This document shows, piece by piece, positions 1 to 9,993 of a DNA stretch of 64,000 nt (position 1 is its first letter; each line of letters begins with the position of its first letter). Source of the DNA: an uncultured delta proteobacterium (GTDB lineage Bacteria; Desulfobacterota; Binatia; Binatales; Binataceae). The stretch is from positions 960,001 to 1,024,000 of the forward strand of contig CAWCDG010000004.1 of the NCBI GenBank assembly GCA_963794325.1, written 5' to 3'. Under the pieces are notes generated by a model, which worked only from the letters and a program-made list of their open reading frames with translations, was not told the DNA's origin and searched no databases. The translations under genes and the position numbers were made by a program.

Positions 1-2
1 AT

Positions 3-236
3 ATCATCGAGGCGGTCGAGGGACCGATCACGCTCAACGTATGCACCGACGGCAGCAGCTCGTGCGCCTTGCAGCCGACCTGCCGCATGTATCGCGTGTG
101 GGAGAAGGGCCAGCGCGTCCTGCTCGAAGTGTTCTCCGATACCTCGCTCGCCGAGATAGCAGCTTCCCGTCCTGCGCCGCCCCTCTGTCCTCCCGACGCA
201 CCCTCGATATCGCCCGCCAAGTCCCAGCCCGCGTAA
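3..236 (+). CDS. Rrf2 family transcriptional regulator, C-terminal part (5' truncated by window edge)
   Basis: Manual frame-3 translation IIEAVEGPITLNVCTDGSSSCALQPTCRMYRVWEKGQRVLLEVFSDTSLAEI..., with the typical Rrf2 three-Cys C-terminus; TAA at 234-236. Not in the ORF track. Confidence 0.85.
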   Translation: MIEAVEGPITLNVCTDGSSSCALQPTCRMYRVWEKGQRVLLEVFSDTSLAEIAASRPAPPLCPPDAPSISPAKSQPA

Positions 237-267
237 CCGAATTGAAAACGTTCTCCGCGCTCCACAC

Positions 268-312
268 GCGATTATTCCCCTTCCCTCAAGGGAAGGGGTC
301 AGGGGTTAGGTT
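268..312. repeat. REP-like palindrome, family A (CCCCTTCCCT..AGGGAAGGGG..AGGGGTTAGGTT)
   Basis: Near-identical copy at 12030-12074; related inverted copy at 3837-3873. Confidence 0.85.
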
Positions 313-345
313 GCCCGGATTCCTCTCTTCTCCGGTCTTCTTCCC

Positions 346-1527
346 GTGACCAACATCGCACCCATCAACCTCGGCGACTTCAGCGACAAACCGCGACGCG
401 GCGCCCCGGTCTTCACCGAGAAAACTTTCTACCTCGAGGAATTCTACGGCAAGAGTCTGCTCTTCGCGCTGATTCCTCCCGCTGGACAGCGCATCTCCGA
501 TTTCGATTCTCTGGTCCTGACGCTCCGCGAATTACGCCGCAATCAAACGCGATGCGTCGTGATCGTCTCGCCGAGCGCGCTCCCAAAGCTGATGAGGCGG
601 CTGGGTAAGCTCGCGCCGAAGGAAGCGCCGCCCGTTTTCAATCCATCCGAAGGATTGCGCTCGCGGCCCTATCCACCCGATTCGGCCGTCGCCGAGATCT
701 GGGCGAGGCTTCGCGCCGGTTCGATCGTGGTCGCGTCGATGAGCCGTGACGACGCCGATGATCTCACCGTTTTCGCGCGCGAGCTCGCCAGTCGCCTTCG
801 CGTCTTCAAGCTTCTGATGCTCGATCGCCGTGGCGGCTTGCTCGACAAAGACGGCAACCGGCTCTCATTCGTCGAGGAACGTCGCATCGACCGCACGATG
901 CGCAATATCCGCTCGCGCCCTCGCAGAGCCATCGTGCGCGCCGCACTCGACGCACTCGAAGACGGCGTCGGCTCCGTCAATCTGGTCGCACCGAGCGACG
1001 TTTACGAAGAGCTCTTCAGTTTCATCGGCGCCGGCACACTGTTCACCGAGATGCAATACGGCTTTGTCCGGCCCGTCTCGATCGACGACTTCGAGGAAGT
1101 CGAGGCACTGATTGTGCGCGGTCAGAATGAAGGTCTCCTGCTGCCGCGCACTCCCGAACAGATCGCGCAGATCCTGCCCTCCTGCTACGGCTACCGAATC
1201 GGCGACGAACATCTCGCTGGAATCTGCTCGCTGCTGACCGAGCCCTACCGCCGCGACCGCGCCGGCGAGATCACCGCGATGTACACTTTGACGCGTTTTC
1301 AGGGTGAGGGCGTCGCCGCCGTGCTGGTCCGCGAGATCCTGAAGGAAGCCGAAGCGCGCCGCCTCAAATACGTGTTCGCATGCACCAGTGACGATCGGGT
1401 GGCCGGGCTCTTCTCGCGCCTCGGCTTCAATCGCGCAAGTGCTCGCGATGTCTCGCAAGCGAAGTGGCGCGGCTACGATTCCTCACGCATCGAGAGCCTG
1501 AGCATATTGCGTACCGACCTCGACTGA
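346..1527 (+). CDS. ArgA-like protein (amino-acid-kinase-like domain + GNAT), putative N-acetylglutamate synthase
   Basis: ELFSFIGAGTLF linker followed by a GNAT domain (LLLPRT..., FQGEGVA motif A), which is the ArgA architecture; the N-terminal domain is divergent. Confidence 0.65.
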   Translation: MTNIAPINLGDFSDKPRRGAPVFTEKTFYLEEFYGKSLLFALIPPAGQRISDFDSLVLTLRELRRNQTRCVVIVSPSALPKLMRRLGKLAPKEAPPVFNPSEGLRSRPYPPDSAVAEIWARLRAGSIVVASMSRDDADDLTVFARELASRLRVFKLLMLDRRGGLLDKDGNRLSFVEERRIDRTMRNIRSRPRRAIVRAALDALEDGVGSVNLVAPSDVYEELFSFIGAGTLFTEMQYGFVRPVSIDDFEEVEALIVRGQNEGLLLPRTPEQIAQILPSCYGYRIGDEHLAGICSLLTEPYRRDRAGEITAMYTLTRFQGEGVAAVLVREILKEAEARRLKYVFACTSDDRVAGLFSRLGFNRASARDVSQAKWRGYDSSRIESLSILRTDLD

Positions 1528-1545
1528 CTATTCGACTGAGTATCG

Positions 1546-3177
1546 ATGCCTGCCAAACTCCCACCGGCCGCGGCCATCCTGGCGATCACTCTTGTCATCG
1601 CTGTCCTGACTCTTCATCGACTCGGCGCAGGCGACGTATGCACGGGCAACGAGGCCGTCGAAGGAGTTTTCGTCCAGCAGATGGTCGAGCATGGCCATCT
1701 ATTGTTCCCGGTCGAGAACGGCAATGTCCCGATGTTCAAGCCGCCGCTGTTCCACTGGACCGCGGTCGCGATCGATCGCCTCGCCGGATTCCGCAAGGTG
1801 ACCGCCGCAAATCTTCGTCTGCCCTCCGCTCTCTACGCAATCGCCGGCGCTCTTCTCACGATGGTCTTCGCGTACGAGATTCTCGGCTTCGACGTTGCGG
1901 TCCTCGCTGGACTTAGTCTCGCAGCGTCCTACCAGTACATCAGTCAAGGCCGTTTCGGCCGCGTCGATATGGCGCTGTGCTTCTTCGAGTCCCTCTCGCT
2001 GTTCGCTTTTCTGTGGTGGCTGCCCCGCGATGCGTCTGTGTCCGGTCGCGACGCGCGTTTCGAATCCAAGCTATCCGCGCTCTATCTCATGGCTGTCGCA
2101 CTCGGATTGGGCGTGTTAGCCAAGGGTCCAGTCGGCGCAATTCTTCCGGGCCTATCGATCCTCATTTTCATGTTCGTCGAGCGTCGTGGACGTCAAATTC
2201 TCGCGATGCTCGATCCCGGCGCGATCATCCTCGGCGCCGCGATCGCTTCGAGCTGGTATATTGCCTGCTACTTCGGCGGACGGTTCGCATTCCTGAATCG
2301 TCAGCTCGACACCGAAAACGTCGGCCGCTTCTTCGGCTCGCTGGGCGCGATGGCGCCGTGGTACTACCTGAAACCCGTCCTGCTCAACTCCGCCCCACTG
2401 AGCCTGCTCGTACCAGTCGCCGCCACTTACGCATTACTCAGTCCATTACTCAGTAGTCAATCCGGTGCTTCTGCATCCAATCCTACCTCTCCCCAAGGGG
2501 GAGGTCGCGTCGCCGAAAGCGACGCGGGAGGGGTCGCCAGCACCACCGCAAGGTCCGATTCCTCACGCACCCGCTCAGCCGTCCGCCTCTTCGCGATCCT
2601 CTACTTCGCGACCGTCATCTTCTTCAGCATCGCCGCCTATAAACGCCGCTCGTATCTGCTCCCCGTATGGCCCGCCGCCGCCGTGATTCTCGCGTGGTGG
2701 ATCGTCACCGTCCCCCGACCCGACTACCGCCGCGCCGCGAGCTGGACATTCGCCGCACTATGCGCCGGACTCGTCATTTTCAACTTCATCTATATACCGC
2801 GCGCGGAGATCCGCTCGTGCCGCGATGACTCATTCCGGCCCGCCGCCGAAGAGATCGCGCGCGTCGTCGCGCCCACCGACCCCCTCTATCTTTACGGATT
2901 TCACGAAGAGGTCGCGCCGCTCCTCTTCTATCTCGATCGAGACGCGCCCGTTATCGACGGCCGCCTGGGCGACGCGCCCCCCGGCTTCATCATCCTGCCT
3001 GCCCAAGTCTGGAAATCGCATCAGAACGAGGCGCTCGACTTCGAGCCCGTCCTCACCTCCGACCACGGCAGCCGCCACCTCGTGCTGATCAAGCGCGGCA
3101 AATCTTATGCGTCATTTCCGCTTCATTTCTTTGCCGGCCGCATGACCATCTTGTACCTTTCGCAATCAACCAGGTGA
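1546..3177 (+). CDS. ArnT/PMT-family (GT83/GT39-like) membrane glycosyltransferase
   Basis: KPPLFHW, RLPSAL, RVDMAL, LAKGPVG and KRRSYLLP motifs; many TM segments. Confidence 0.85.
   Translation: MPAKLPPAAAILAITLVIAVLTLHRLGAGDVCTGNEAVEGVFVQQMVEHGHLLFPVENGNVPMFKPPLFHWTAVAIDRLAGFRKVTAANLRLPSALYAIAGALLTMVFAYEILGFDVAVLAGLSLAASYQYISQGRFGRVDMALCFFESLSLFAFLWWLPRDASVSGRDARFESKLSALYLMAVALGLGVLAKGPVGAILPGLSILIFMFVERRGRQILAMLDPGAIILGAAIASSWYIACYFGGRFAFLNRQLDTENVGRFFGSLGAMAPWYYLKPVLLNSAPLSLLVPVAATYALLSPLLSSQSGASASNPTSPQGGGRVAESDAGGVASTTARSDSSRTRSAVRLFAILYFATVIFFSIAAYKRRSYLLPVWPAAAVILAWWIVTVPRPDYRRAASWTFAALCAGLVIFNFIYIPRAEIRSCRDDSFRPAAEEIARVVAPTDPLYLYGFHEEVAPLLFYLDRDAPVIDGRLGDAPPGFIILPAQVWKSHQNEALDFEPVLTSDHGSRHLVLIKRGKSYASFPLHFFAGRMTILYLSQSTR
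2485..2535. repeat. Double-hairpin palindromic element lying in frame inside the glycosyltransferase gene
   Basis: ACCTCTCCCCAAGGGGGAGGT plus CGCGTCGC-CGAAA-GCGACGCG plus GGAGGGGT; same architecture as intergenic elements at 62230-62295 and 3725-3777. Confidence 0.7.
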
Positions 3178-3692
3178 TCGTTCACCATCCCGGTTGCCTG
3201 CATCATCGCGTAGCAGATTGTCGAACCCACGAACTTGAATCCGCGCCCGATCAATTCCTTGCTCATCGCATCCGACTCGATAGTGTGCGCGGGCACCTGC
3301 TTGAGCGCGCGCCATTTGTTGATCCGCGGCCGTCCATCGACGACTCGCCAGATGTATTCGTCGAAGGTGCGGAATTCTTTCTGCACGGCGAGGAAGGCTT
3401 TCGCATTACTGATAGTGGAATTGATCTTGAGTCGATTGCGAACGATCCCTTCGTTTGCCAGCAGTCGCGTAACGTCGCGATCTCCGAACTTCGCAACTCG
3501 CGCGGGATCGAATTCCTTGAAAGCCGTCCGATACGCGTGCCGCTTGCGCAAAATAGTGTCCCAGCTCAGCCCCGCCTGCGCTCCTTCGAGCGTGATGAAC
3601 TCGAACCACAGCCGATCGTCATGCACCGGCACGCCCCACTCTTCATCGTGGTAGCGAATCGCGAGTTCATTGCGGGCCCACGCACAACGCAT
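3123..3692 (-). CDS. tag: DNA-3-methyladenine glycosylase I
   Basis: RCAWA, YHDEEWG, LEGAQAGLSW and NDHLVDC motifs; start reassigned to MRCAW. Confidence 0.93.
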   Translation of the reverse strand: MRCAWARNELAIRYHDEEWGVPVHDDRLWFEFITLEGAQAGLSWDTILRKRHAYRTAFKEFDPARVAKFGDRDVTRLLANEGIVRNRLKINSTISNAKAFLAVQKEFRTFDEYIWRVVDGRPRINKWRALKQVPAHTIESDAMSKELIGRGFKFVGSTICYAMMQATGMVNDHLVDCERYKMVMRPAKK

Positions 3693-3724
3693 AGATGAAA
3701 CCTCAAGAGTGAGCTCCTGAATTG

Positions 3725-3873
3725 CCTCGCCCTTCGTGGGGAGCGGCCGACGCGAGACCTTGAGCGGCGGGTGAGGGACCGAATTTTCCGAGGTTCCGAA
3801 CGTGCGGCGCAACAGACAATCGCGCCGCACAGATGTCCCTCACCCTAACCCTCTCCCCTCGTGGGGCGAGGGA
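3725..3873. repeat. Pair of related palindromic REP-like elements in inverted orientation (3725-3777 and 3837-3873)
   Basis: CCTCGCCC..GGGGAG...GGGTGAGGG and CCCTCACCCTAACCCTCTCCCC..GGGGCGAGGG. Confidence 0.7.
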
Positions 3874-3878
3874 ACAGA

Positions 3879-5423
3879 CTACGCGCCTGCGGCGCTGCGC
3901 TGCACCGGCTCCTGCTCGGCTTTCTCCGCGGACTTCTCCGCGCATCGACGCTTCATCTCGGCAAACGCGTCGTCGACGAAGGCCTTCATCAGCGCAACAT
4001 CGGGCATCACGCGCGGATCAGCCATCATTCCGAAGTATAGATTCTTATAGTAACTGAGTATTGCGACTGCATACCCCATCGTCGCGCCGAGCGGCACCAG
4101 CGGTACCATGTCCAGGCACAGATGACCGTTGATGTACTGCGGCACTTGCACGCCGGGCACGTTGGTCGCGATAAAGTTTATTCCGAATGCGGGCAGCCCG
4201 AAGCCGTCGGGCCGCGGCTTCCAGTCGGTCCACTTCGCCATCCGTCCTGCGACGTCCATCATCGTGGTCGCCGCGCGTGCTGCCGGTCCGATCATGCTCG
4301 GCGGAATCGCGTCGCCTAACCCCATCAAGGATTCCAGAGCCTGCGCCGAGCCCGCAGCCTTAATTCGCTCGGTTTCCTCATGGATCAGTTTCAGCCGCTC
4401 GATAATATCCATCGGCGCCGCCGGCGCGGTCGGGAACATCATCGACACGCGATTTCCCAGCGAACTCTTTTCGCTCTTGTGCCGCACATTGACCGGGCAT
4501 CCGATGCACAGTTGCTGTCCCTCGACTTCGTACCCATGATGCTGCAAATAGCGCGCGGCGCCTTCGGTCAACATTGCCAGTACGACGTCGTTCACCGAAC
4601 CGCCGAACGCAGATCTGATAGCGCGGAAATCCGAAAAGGACTGACGCGTCCATGCCACGATGCGATCCTGGGTAACCGGCGTCGAGTTCCACGGCGTCGC
4701 GACGATTCGCCGCGTCGCGAGCTCGGTCATCACCCGCGATGCTTCCGCGAGCTGGCGCGCGCGCTCGGTCACTGACGCCGGATCCTCGATCGCTTCGACC
4801 ACCGTGTTGATCGTCGAGTTTACCGTGCTTTGAATCTGATCGCGCAACGCCTCCCCAAATCGCCGTATCAGGCTCGATGGGCGCGCTGCCACCCAAGGCG
4901 TGGGCGGCTGCGGGACATCGTCGGGCTCGGCGCGGAAGTCGTACATCACCTTAAGCAGCTCGACTCCCGACACGCCGTCGACCAGGCAGTGATGCACCTT
5001 CCACATCAGCGCAGTCCGATTTCCGTCCAGGTTGTGGAACGTATGCAGCTCCCACAGAGGGCGTTTTCGGTCGAGCGGCGTCTGGTAAACGCGCATCATT
5101 TCGGCCAGCGCGTCGCCTTCGCTCATCGAGTCGGGCAGCTCGTGGCGAAACACATGGTTGTCGACCGCAAATTCCGGGTCGTCCTCCATCACGGCGTGCG
5201 CGAGGTTAAGCGGAACTTCAGTGAGGCGCTGCCGATAGCGCGGGACCAGATGCATCCGCTCTTCGAAATGCCCGAGCAGCCCGTTGAAATCGACGCTGCC
5301 CTCGAACACTCCGATCGAACCAATATGCAGCGGACCGGTTTGCGATTCGCCGTAGATAAAAGTTGCGTCCTGCGTCGACAGCCGATAGCTGTCGGCCGAT
5401 GGAAATGTTGAATTGTCGGCCAT
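3879..5423 (-). CDS. Wax ester synthase/diacylglycerol acyltransferase (WS/DGAT)
   Basis: HHCLVDG catalytic motif, PLDRKRPLWE, TNVPG. Confidence 0.93.
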   Translation of the reverse strand: MADNSTFPSADSYRLSTQDATFIYGESQTGPLHIGSIGVFEGSVDFNGLLGHFEERMHLVPRYRQRLTEVPLNLAHAVMEDDPEFAVDNHVFRHELPDSMSEGDALAEMMRVYQTPLDRKRPLWELHTFHNLDGNRTALMWKVHHCLVDGVSGVELLKVMYDFRAEPDDVPQPPTPWVAARPSSLIRRFGEALRDQIQSTVNSTINTVVEAIEDPASVTERARQLAEASRVMTELATRRIVATPWNSTPVTQDRIVAWTRQSFSDFRAIRSAFGGSVNDVVLAMLTEGAARYLQHHGYEVEGQQLCIGCPVNVRHKSEKSSLGNRVSMMFPTAPAAPMDIIERLKLIHEETERIKAAGSAQALESLMGLGDAIPPSMIGPAARAATTMMDVAGRMAKWTDWKPRPDGFGLPAFGINFIATNVPGVQVPQYINGHLCLDMVPLVPLGATMGYAVAILSYYKNLYFGMMADPRVMPDVALMKAFVDDAFAEMKRRCAEKSAEKAEQEPVQRSAAGA

Positions 5424-5692
5424 TCGAACTCACCTCCTGGCCGGATTTCCCTCTGGCTTGGGCCACGGCTTGGTGCCCCGTCCAAGCCGAGAAAATCCTG
5501 GAAATGACAAGTGCCGCAGACTCGGAAAGTTTGGCAGGCATGGTCGCCGAAGTGCAAGCTGATTTTTTGTCTTCTGCGGCGCTTGCTGAACCGCCCGCGC
5601 TGATCAAGGATAGCGCTCGCGCGAGGTTAAGTGCGCCTTACGAGTTTTCTCGACGGCAGCGCTTGCCCCTAGGAGTTTCGCCGGAGGTTTCA

Positions 5693-6274
5693 ATGACCGA
5701 GCAGATCAAGACTAATCGCCCTTATCCAATTCAGCTCAAATTGCACGACGGCCGCAGCGCCACGATTCGCGTGATGGAGCCCCGCGACCTCGACAAGATT
5801 GTTGATTTCGCCAAGGACCTGCCCTCCGACGACCTGCTCTTCCTCCGCACCGACATCACCGACCGCAACCAGGTCAAGACCTGGATTGAAAACATCAAGG
5901 CCGGTCACACCATCACGCTACTCGCCGAAATCGATGGCGAGCTGGCCGCCTACGCCAGCGTCCACCTCGATCAGGCACGATGGACACGGCGGGTCGGCGA
6001 AATACGGGTAATGACCTCGTCGCGCTATCGCGGCGCGGGACTCGGCCGGCGCCTCGTAGCTGAAGTATTCGATCTCGCGCGATCGCTCGGCCTCAAAAAG
6101 ATCACAGCGCAGATGACCACCGAACAGGCGGCCGCGCGCGCCGCATTCGAGCGCCTTGGTTTTCAAGTGGAAGCGATGCTCTCGGACTGGGTCGAGGACC
6201 GCCACGGCCGCTCCCGCGACCTGCTGATAATGACTTACGACGTAGCCGGCTTCTCCGACCACGTCGTCGCCTGA
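5693..6274 (+). CDS. GNAT family N-acetyltransferase
   Basis: YRGAGLGRRL motif A; GGAGG SD upstream of the ATG at 5693. Confidence 0.85.
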   Translation: MTEQIKTNRPYPIQLKLHDGRSATIRVMEPRDLDKIVDFAKDLPSDDLLFLRTDITDRNQVKTWIENIKAGHTITLLAEIDGELAAYASVHLDQARWTRRVGEIRVMTSSRYRGAGLGRRLVAEVFDLARSLGLKKITAQMTTEQAAARAAFERLGFQVEAMLSDWVEDRHGRSRDLLIMTYDVAGFSDHVVA

Positions 6275-6275
6275 T

Positions 6276-7331
6276 TTAGATTCCGGGCGCGAGCGCCTGC
6301 GTCACCACCAATATCCTGAACGTCCCCGCAACCGGCACCGGGCGCGGATGCTCCGCGTTCGACCCCGGCGGAAACGTCAAGTCCGCCGTCGGCAGATAAA
6401 TCAGCGTGCCAGTCGGATCGAGCGCCATCGTCCGCGCACCCAGTTGCGTTTGCACCACCTGCGCGAGTTCGTACTTGTCCATAGACACCTCGCGAATGAT
6501 CGTCAACGTCCCGTCGCCGCAACTCGCGAACACCAGGCCGTCGCGGAATGCGGTCGCGTCGACGAATGCGCCGATGGGAAAATCGGCCACGATCTTTCCA
6601 TCGTCGGCGTTCATCACCATCAGCTTCTTATTTCGACATCCGATGAACAGCCGCCGCGTCGCGCGATCCATCGACATCCCGGTCGGCCTGCTGCCCGGCG
6701 CCGTCGGCCATCGCGCGATGACCTTCATCTGCTTCGTATCGACGACCGCGACCTCGTCCTTGTCCGCGATATTGACGTAGACCTTGCCCTGCTCGTCAGC
6801 GACCGCGAATTCCGGTGACCCGCCCAAATCCACCGTCGCTGCCGGCTTGCCGCCGTTCGGATTCACTTCGGGCGCAATCGCGACCAGCTGATGGGCATCG
6901 CCGCACATCACCAGCACGCGATTGCTGGAGCGGTCATAGATGATACCGTCGGCGTCATCGGCCGCCGGCACCTTGCCGAGCACCGCGTGAGTTTTCAGAT
7001 CGAAGATCAGCACCGAGCCGCTGCCGCCATCGCTGATAAATCCGCGCCCCACGTCCGGCACAATCGCCACGCCGTGAGATCTTTTCTGTCCGCCGATATC
7101 GGCGACGACCTTTCCGGTCGACGCCTCGATTATCATCGTATGAGTCACACGGGTTACGTATAGGTCTCCCGAATGGAGCGTCGCGTAGTCCCATCCACCG
7201 TCGCCGCCAACCTTGAAGGTCGCGGTCAATTTGTAGTTGGGCGTTCCCGACTCCGCCAGCGCATATCCGGATGCGCTCAAAGCAAGGACCAAAATCGAGA
7301 AACCAAAGAGCCAGGTAAAATAATTCTTCAT
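6276..7331 (-). CDS. Secreted YncE/YVTN-type beta-propeller protein
   Basis: Signal peptide; GGWDY, HGVAI and GARTMALD blade motifs. Confidence 0.85.
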   Translation of the reverse strand: MKNYFTWLFGFSILVLALSASGYALAESGTPNYKLTATFKVGGDGGWDYATLHSGDLYVTRVTHTMIIEASTGKVVADIGGQKRSHGVAIVPDVGRGFISDGGSGSVLIFDLKTHAVLGKVPAADDADGIIYDRSSNRVLVMCGDAHQLVAIAPEVNPNGGKPAATVDLGGSPEFAVADEQGKVYVNIADKDEVAVVDTKQMKVIARWPTAPGSRPTGMSMDRATRRLFIGCRNKKLMVMNADDGKIVADFPIGAFVDATAFRDGLVFASCGDGTLTIIREVSMDKYELAQVVQTQLGARTMALDPTGTLIYLPTADLTFPPGSNAEHPRPVPVAGTFRILVVTQALAPGI

Positions 7332-7699
7332 ATTTTTTTCTTAATGCCGGGTGCAGGGATCACCCGAGCAAACGATCCATCAACCTCGCACGGCAACTCG
7401 ATCACCTGCACCACCGCATCGACGTTCAATTCCCCGTACAGATGAGGAAACAACTCACCACTCGATTCGCCATGGTTCATTTTGGGCGCCTCATACCTCA
7501 ATTCCGCCGTCAACCGCGATTCATCGACACATAGCACGACCAGGTCATCTTGCCCGCGATAGAACCTGTTAGCAGTACCGATCAGCTGCGCGCTAGTTGA
7601 GCAATGAATAAATCCCTCATCCCTCAGACTGGCCGGCGCATAGGTCCCGTGCGCGACCGCGAGCATCCATTCACTGCGCTTGACGATATGGCAGATCAC
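7328..7699 (-). CDS. DUF952 domain protein
   Basis: EGFIHCS and FPHLYGELN motifs. Confidence 0.88.
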   Translation of the reverse strand: MICHIVKRSEWMLAVAHGTYAPASLRDEGFIHCSTSAQLIGTANRFYRGQDDLVVLCVDESRLTAELRYEAPKMNHGESSGELFPHLYGELNVDAVVQVIELPCEVDGSFARVIPAPGIKKKI

Positions 7700-7756
7700 G
7701 TCTTGGTCGGCGCGTGCTGGTGCACCTGGTATTAGGACGTCGGCTCGTTTCTGAAG

Positions 7757-8455
7757 TTACGCCAGATCGAAGAACAGCACTTCGGCGGGGGCGTCAGCGA
7801 CGATCGTCAGTTTCTCTTCGTCGCTGATTGCGGCGCCGTCGCCTTCTGCGAGGGCAGTGCCGTTAACGGTGACCGCGCCGCGCGCGACTTGCACCCATCC
7901 GTGACGGCCCTTCTTGAGATTCGTCGCGACGGTCTGTCCGCGCTCGAGCTTTGCGACCGACAGCGCCGCGTCCTGATGAATTTTCACAGACTGATCGCGG
8001 CCGTCGGTAGTTCCTACCGGCGCGAAGCCGCCGTGCGCTTTCTTGTCGTCGATAGTTTTCTGCTCATAACCGGGCGCGATGCCGGCCGCGGCAGGGACGA
8101 TCCAGATTTGCAGAAAATGAACCGGCTCGGTTTTCGAATGATTGAATTCGCTGTGCGTGATTCCGGTGCCGGCGCTCATCCGCTGCGCTTCGCCGGGACG
8201 AATCACCGATCCAGTGCCGAGGCTGTCCTTATGCTCGAGCGCGCCTTCCAGAATGTAGGTGATGATCTCCATGTCGCGATGCGGATGCGTGGGGAAACCC
8301 GCTCCCGGGCGAACGCGATCCTCGTTGATGACGCGCAGCGTGCGAAATCCCATCTCGGCCGGATCGTAGTAGTCGCCGAACGAGAACGAGTGGCGGCTGT
8401 CGAGCCAGTCGATTTTCGTGCGTCCACGGTCAGCCGACTTGCGTGGAGTAATCAT
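7757..8455 (-). CDS. Pirin family protein (YhhW-like)
   Basis: HSFSF, GFPTHPHRDMEI and HSEFN motifs. Confidence 0.93.
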   Translation of the reverse strand: MITPRKSADRGRTKIDWLDSRHSFSFGDYYDPAEMGFRTLRVINEDRVRPGAGFPTHPHRDMEIITYILEGALEHKDSLGTGSVIRPGEAQRMSAGTGITHSEFNHSKTEPVHFLQIWIVPAAAGIAPGYEQKTIDDKKAHGGFAPVGTTDGRDQSVKIHQDAALSVAKLERGQTVATNLKKGRHGWVQVARGAVTVNGTALAEGDGAAISDEEKLTIVADAPAEVLFFDLA

Positions 8456-8465
8456 GGTAGCCTCC

Positions 8466-9725
8466 TCAGGCTGCTTTGGCGGCCGGCTTCATCTTGAGGC
8501 GAATCGGCATGTGCTTGATCCCTCCGACGAAGCTCGAGCGCAGCCGCTCCACCGGACCCGCAGACTCGACGTGATCGAGACGCTTGGCCAGCTCACTGAA
8601 AATTATCTTCAGCTCCAGCCGCGCCAGGTTCGCGCCGAGGCAGAAATGCTCGCCGATGCCGAATGCGATATGCGGATTCGGATCGCGGCTGATGTCGAAC
8701 TTGAAAGGATCGTTGAAAACTTCTTCGTCGCGATTCCCCGACGGGTAGAACAGGCATACCGATTCGCCGGCTTTGATCTTCTGCCCGCGAACGACGGTAT
8801 CTTCGGTCGCGGTCCGCGCGAACTGGATGACCGGCGTCGTCCATCGCACGATCTCTTCGACTGCCGAGTCAATCAACTCGGGATGCCGTTTCAGCTTCTG
8901 CCATTCGCCCGGATTGTCGATGAAAGCCTGCAAGCCGCCGGTAGTTGCGTTACGGGTCGTCTCATTGCCCGCTACCACCAGCAAAAAGTAGTACGACAGC
9001 ATCTCGAACTGCGGGATCGGCTGGCCGTTCACCTTGCCGTTGGCGACGATACTGGTGATGTCGTTGGTCGGATGCTTCATCCGCTCGGCCACCATCTCGC
9101 TGAAATACTGGAACAGGCCGAGCCGCGAGCGATCCATCGTCTCCTGCGCGCTGGTACCCGCCTGAAACTCGGGGTCGCCGCCGCCGATCGTCTCGTTGGT
9201 CCATCGGAAGAGCTGCTCCCAATCCTTGTGCGGGACGCCGAGCAGTTCCGCGATGACGGCGAGCGGAATCTTCGACGACACGTCGGTCACGAAATCGCAT
9301 ACGTCGCGGCCGGTCACGTCGTCGAGCACCTCGCGCGTGATGTTCTCGATTTCGGGCCCGAGCGGACTTACTCCGCGCGGCGTGAAGTGGCGATTGACGA
9401 CGTTGCGATATTCACCGTGGTCGGGCGGATCCATGTCGAGCAGATGGCGGAACGGCGGCGTCGGACTCTCCTGGAACCCTTCTTCCTGGACGAAGATGAG
9501 CAGGCGGGGACCGTTGAGGAACAGCCGCGGCTGCTTCGAGATCGCGATAATGTCGGCGTGCTTGGTGATCGCCCAGAATGGATCGGTCTTAGGATGCTCG
9601 CACCAGAAAACCGGTTTGTGCTCGCGCAAGTAGGTCCACTCGCGATGCGGGTAGCCGCTTTTCATGTAGTGGTCGGGACCGATGATGTTTAACGACTCGA
9701 GTGAAAGGGCCTGTTCAGATTCCAT
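8466..9725 (-). CDS. Cytochrome P450 (CYP125/124-like)
   Basis: AGNETTR, EEIVR and FGIGEHFCLG heme-binding motif. Confidence 0.95.
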   Translation of the reverse strand: MESEQALSLESLNIIGPDHYMKSGYPHREWTYLREHKPVFWCEHPKTDPFWAITKHADIIAISKQPRLFLNGPRLLIFVQEEGFQESPTPPFRHLLDMDPPDHGEYRNVVNRHFTPRGVSPLGPEIENITREVLDDVTGRDVCDFVTDVSSKIPLAVIAELLGVPHKDWEQLFRWTNETIGGGDPEFQAGTSAQETMDRSRLGLFQYFSEMVAERMKHPTNDITSIVANGKVNGQPIPQFEMLSYYFLLVVAGNETTRNATTGGLQAFIDNPGEWQKLKRHPELIDSAVEEIVRWTTPVIQFARTATEDTVVRGQKIKAGESVCLFYPSGNRDEEVFNDPFKFDISRDPNPHIAFGIGEHFCLGANLARLELKIIFSELAKRLDHVESAGPVERLRSSFVGGIKHMPIRLKMKPAAKAA

Positions 9726-9798
9726 TGAAAGTGTCTCCGCGAGTTCGCGAGTTCTGTTTCGACTTCGCAATTCTGACCTTTCGCGCGCAATGAGTCAT

Positions 9799-9993
9799 CT
9801 AGTCATCGGTGACCGTGATGGCCTGGCGGGGGCATAGGCGCGCGGCCAGCTTGAGCTTGTCGCGCATGCGTTCGGGCGGATTGTCGATCAGCAGGTGGCT
9901 CTTGTCGTCGTCGCGCACCTCGAAAACTTCCGGCGCGGCCTCCTGGCATTTCATATTTCCCTCGCACAGCTTCTGATCGACAACAACCTTCAT
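9799..9993 (-). CDS. Ferredoxin ([3Fe-4S] type), probable P450 partner
   Basis: CEGNMKC...CPRQAI (CxxNxxC...CP); adjacent to the P450. Confidence 0.9.
   Translation of the reverse strand: MKVVVDQKLCEGNMKCQEAAPEVFEVRDDDKSHLLIDNPPERMRDKLKLAARLCPRQAITVTDD

Noticed and set aside
3123-3177. Convergent 3' overlaps (glycosyltransferase/tag; also 31294-31343 and 59608-59621)
   Set aside because: Short tail overlaps are common in GC-rich genomes; no evidence of function.
8418-9692. Long antisense or alternate-frame ORFs (424 aa here; also 28287-29531, 34451-36145, 47914-49452, 53287-54585)
   Set aside because: Shadow ORFs of well-supported genes in GC-rich DNA, with no recognisable motifs.
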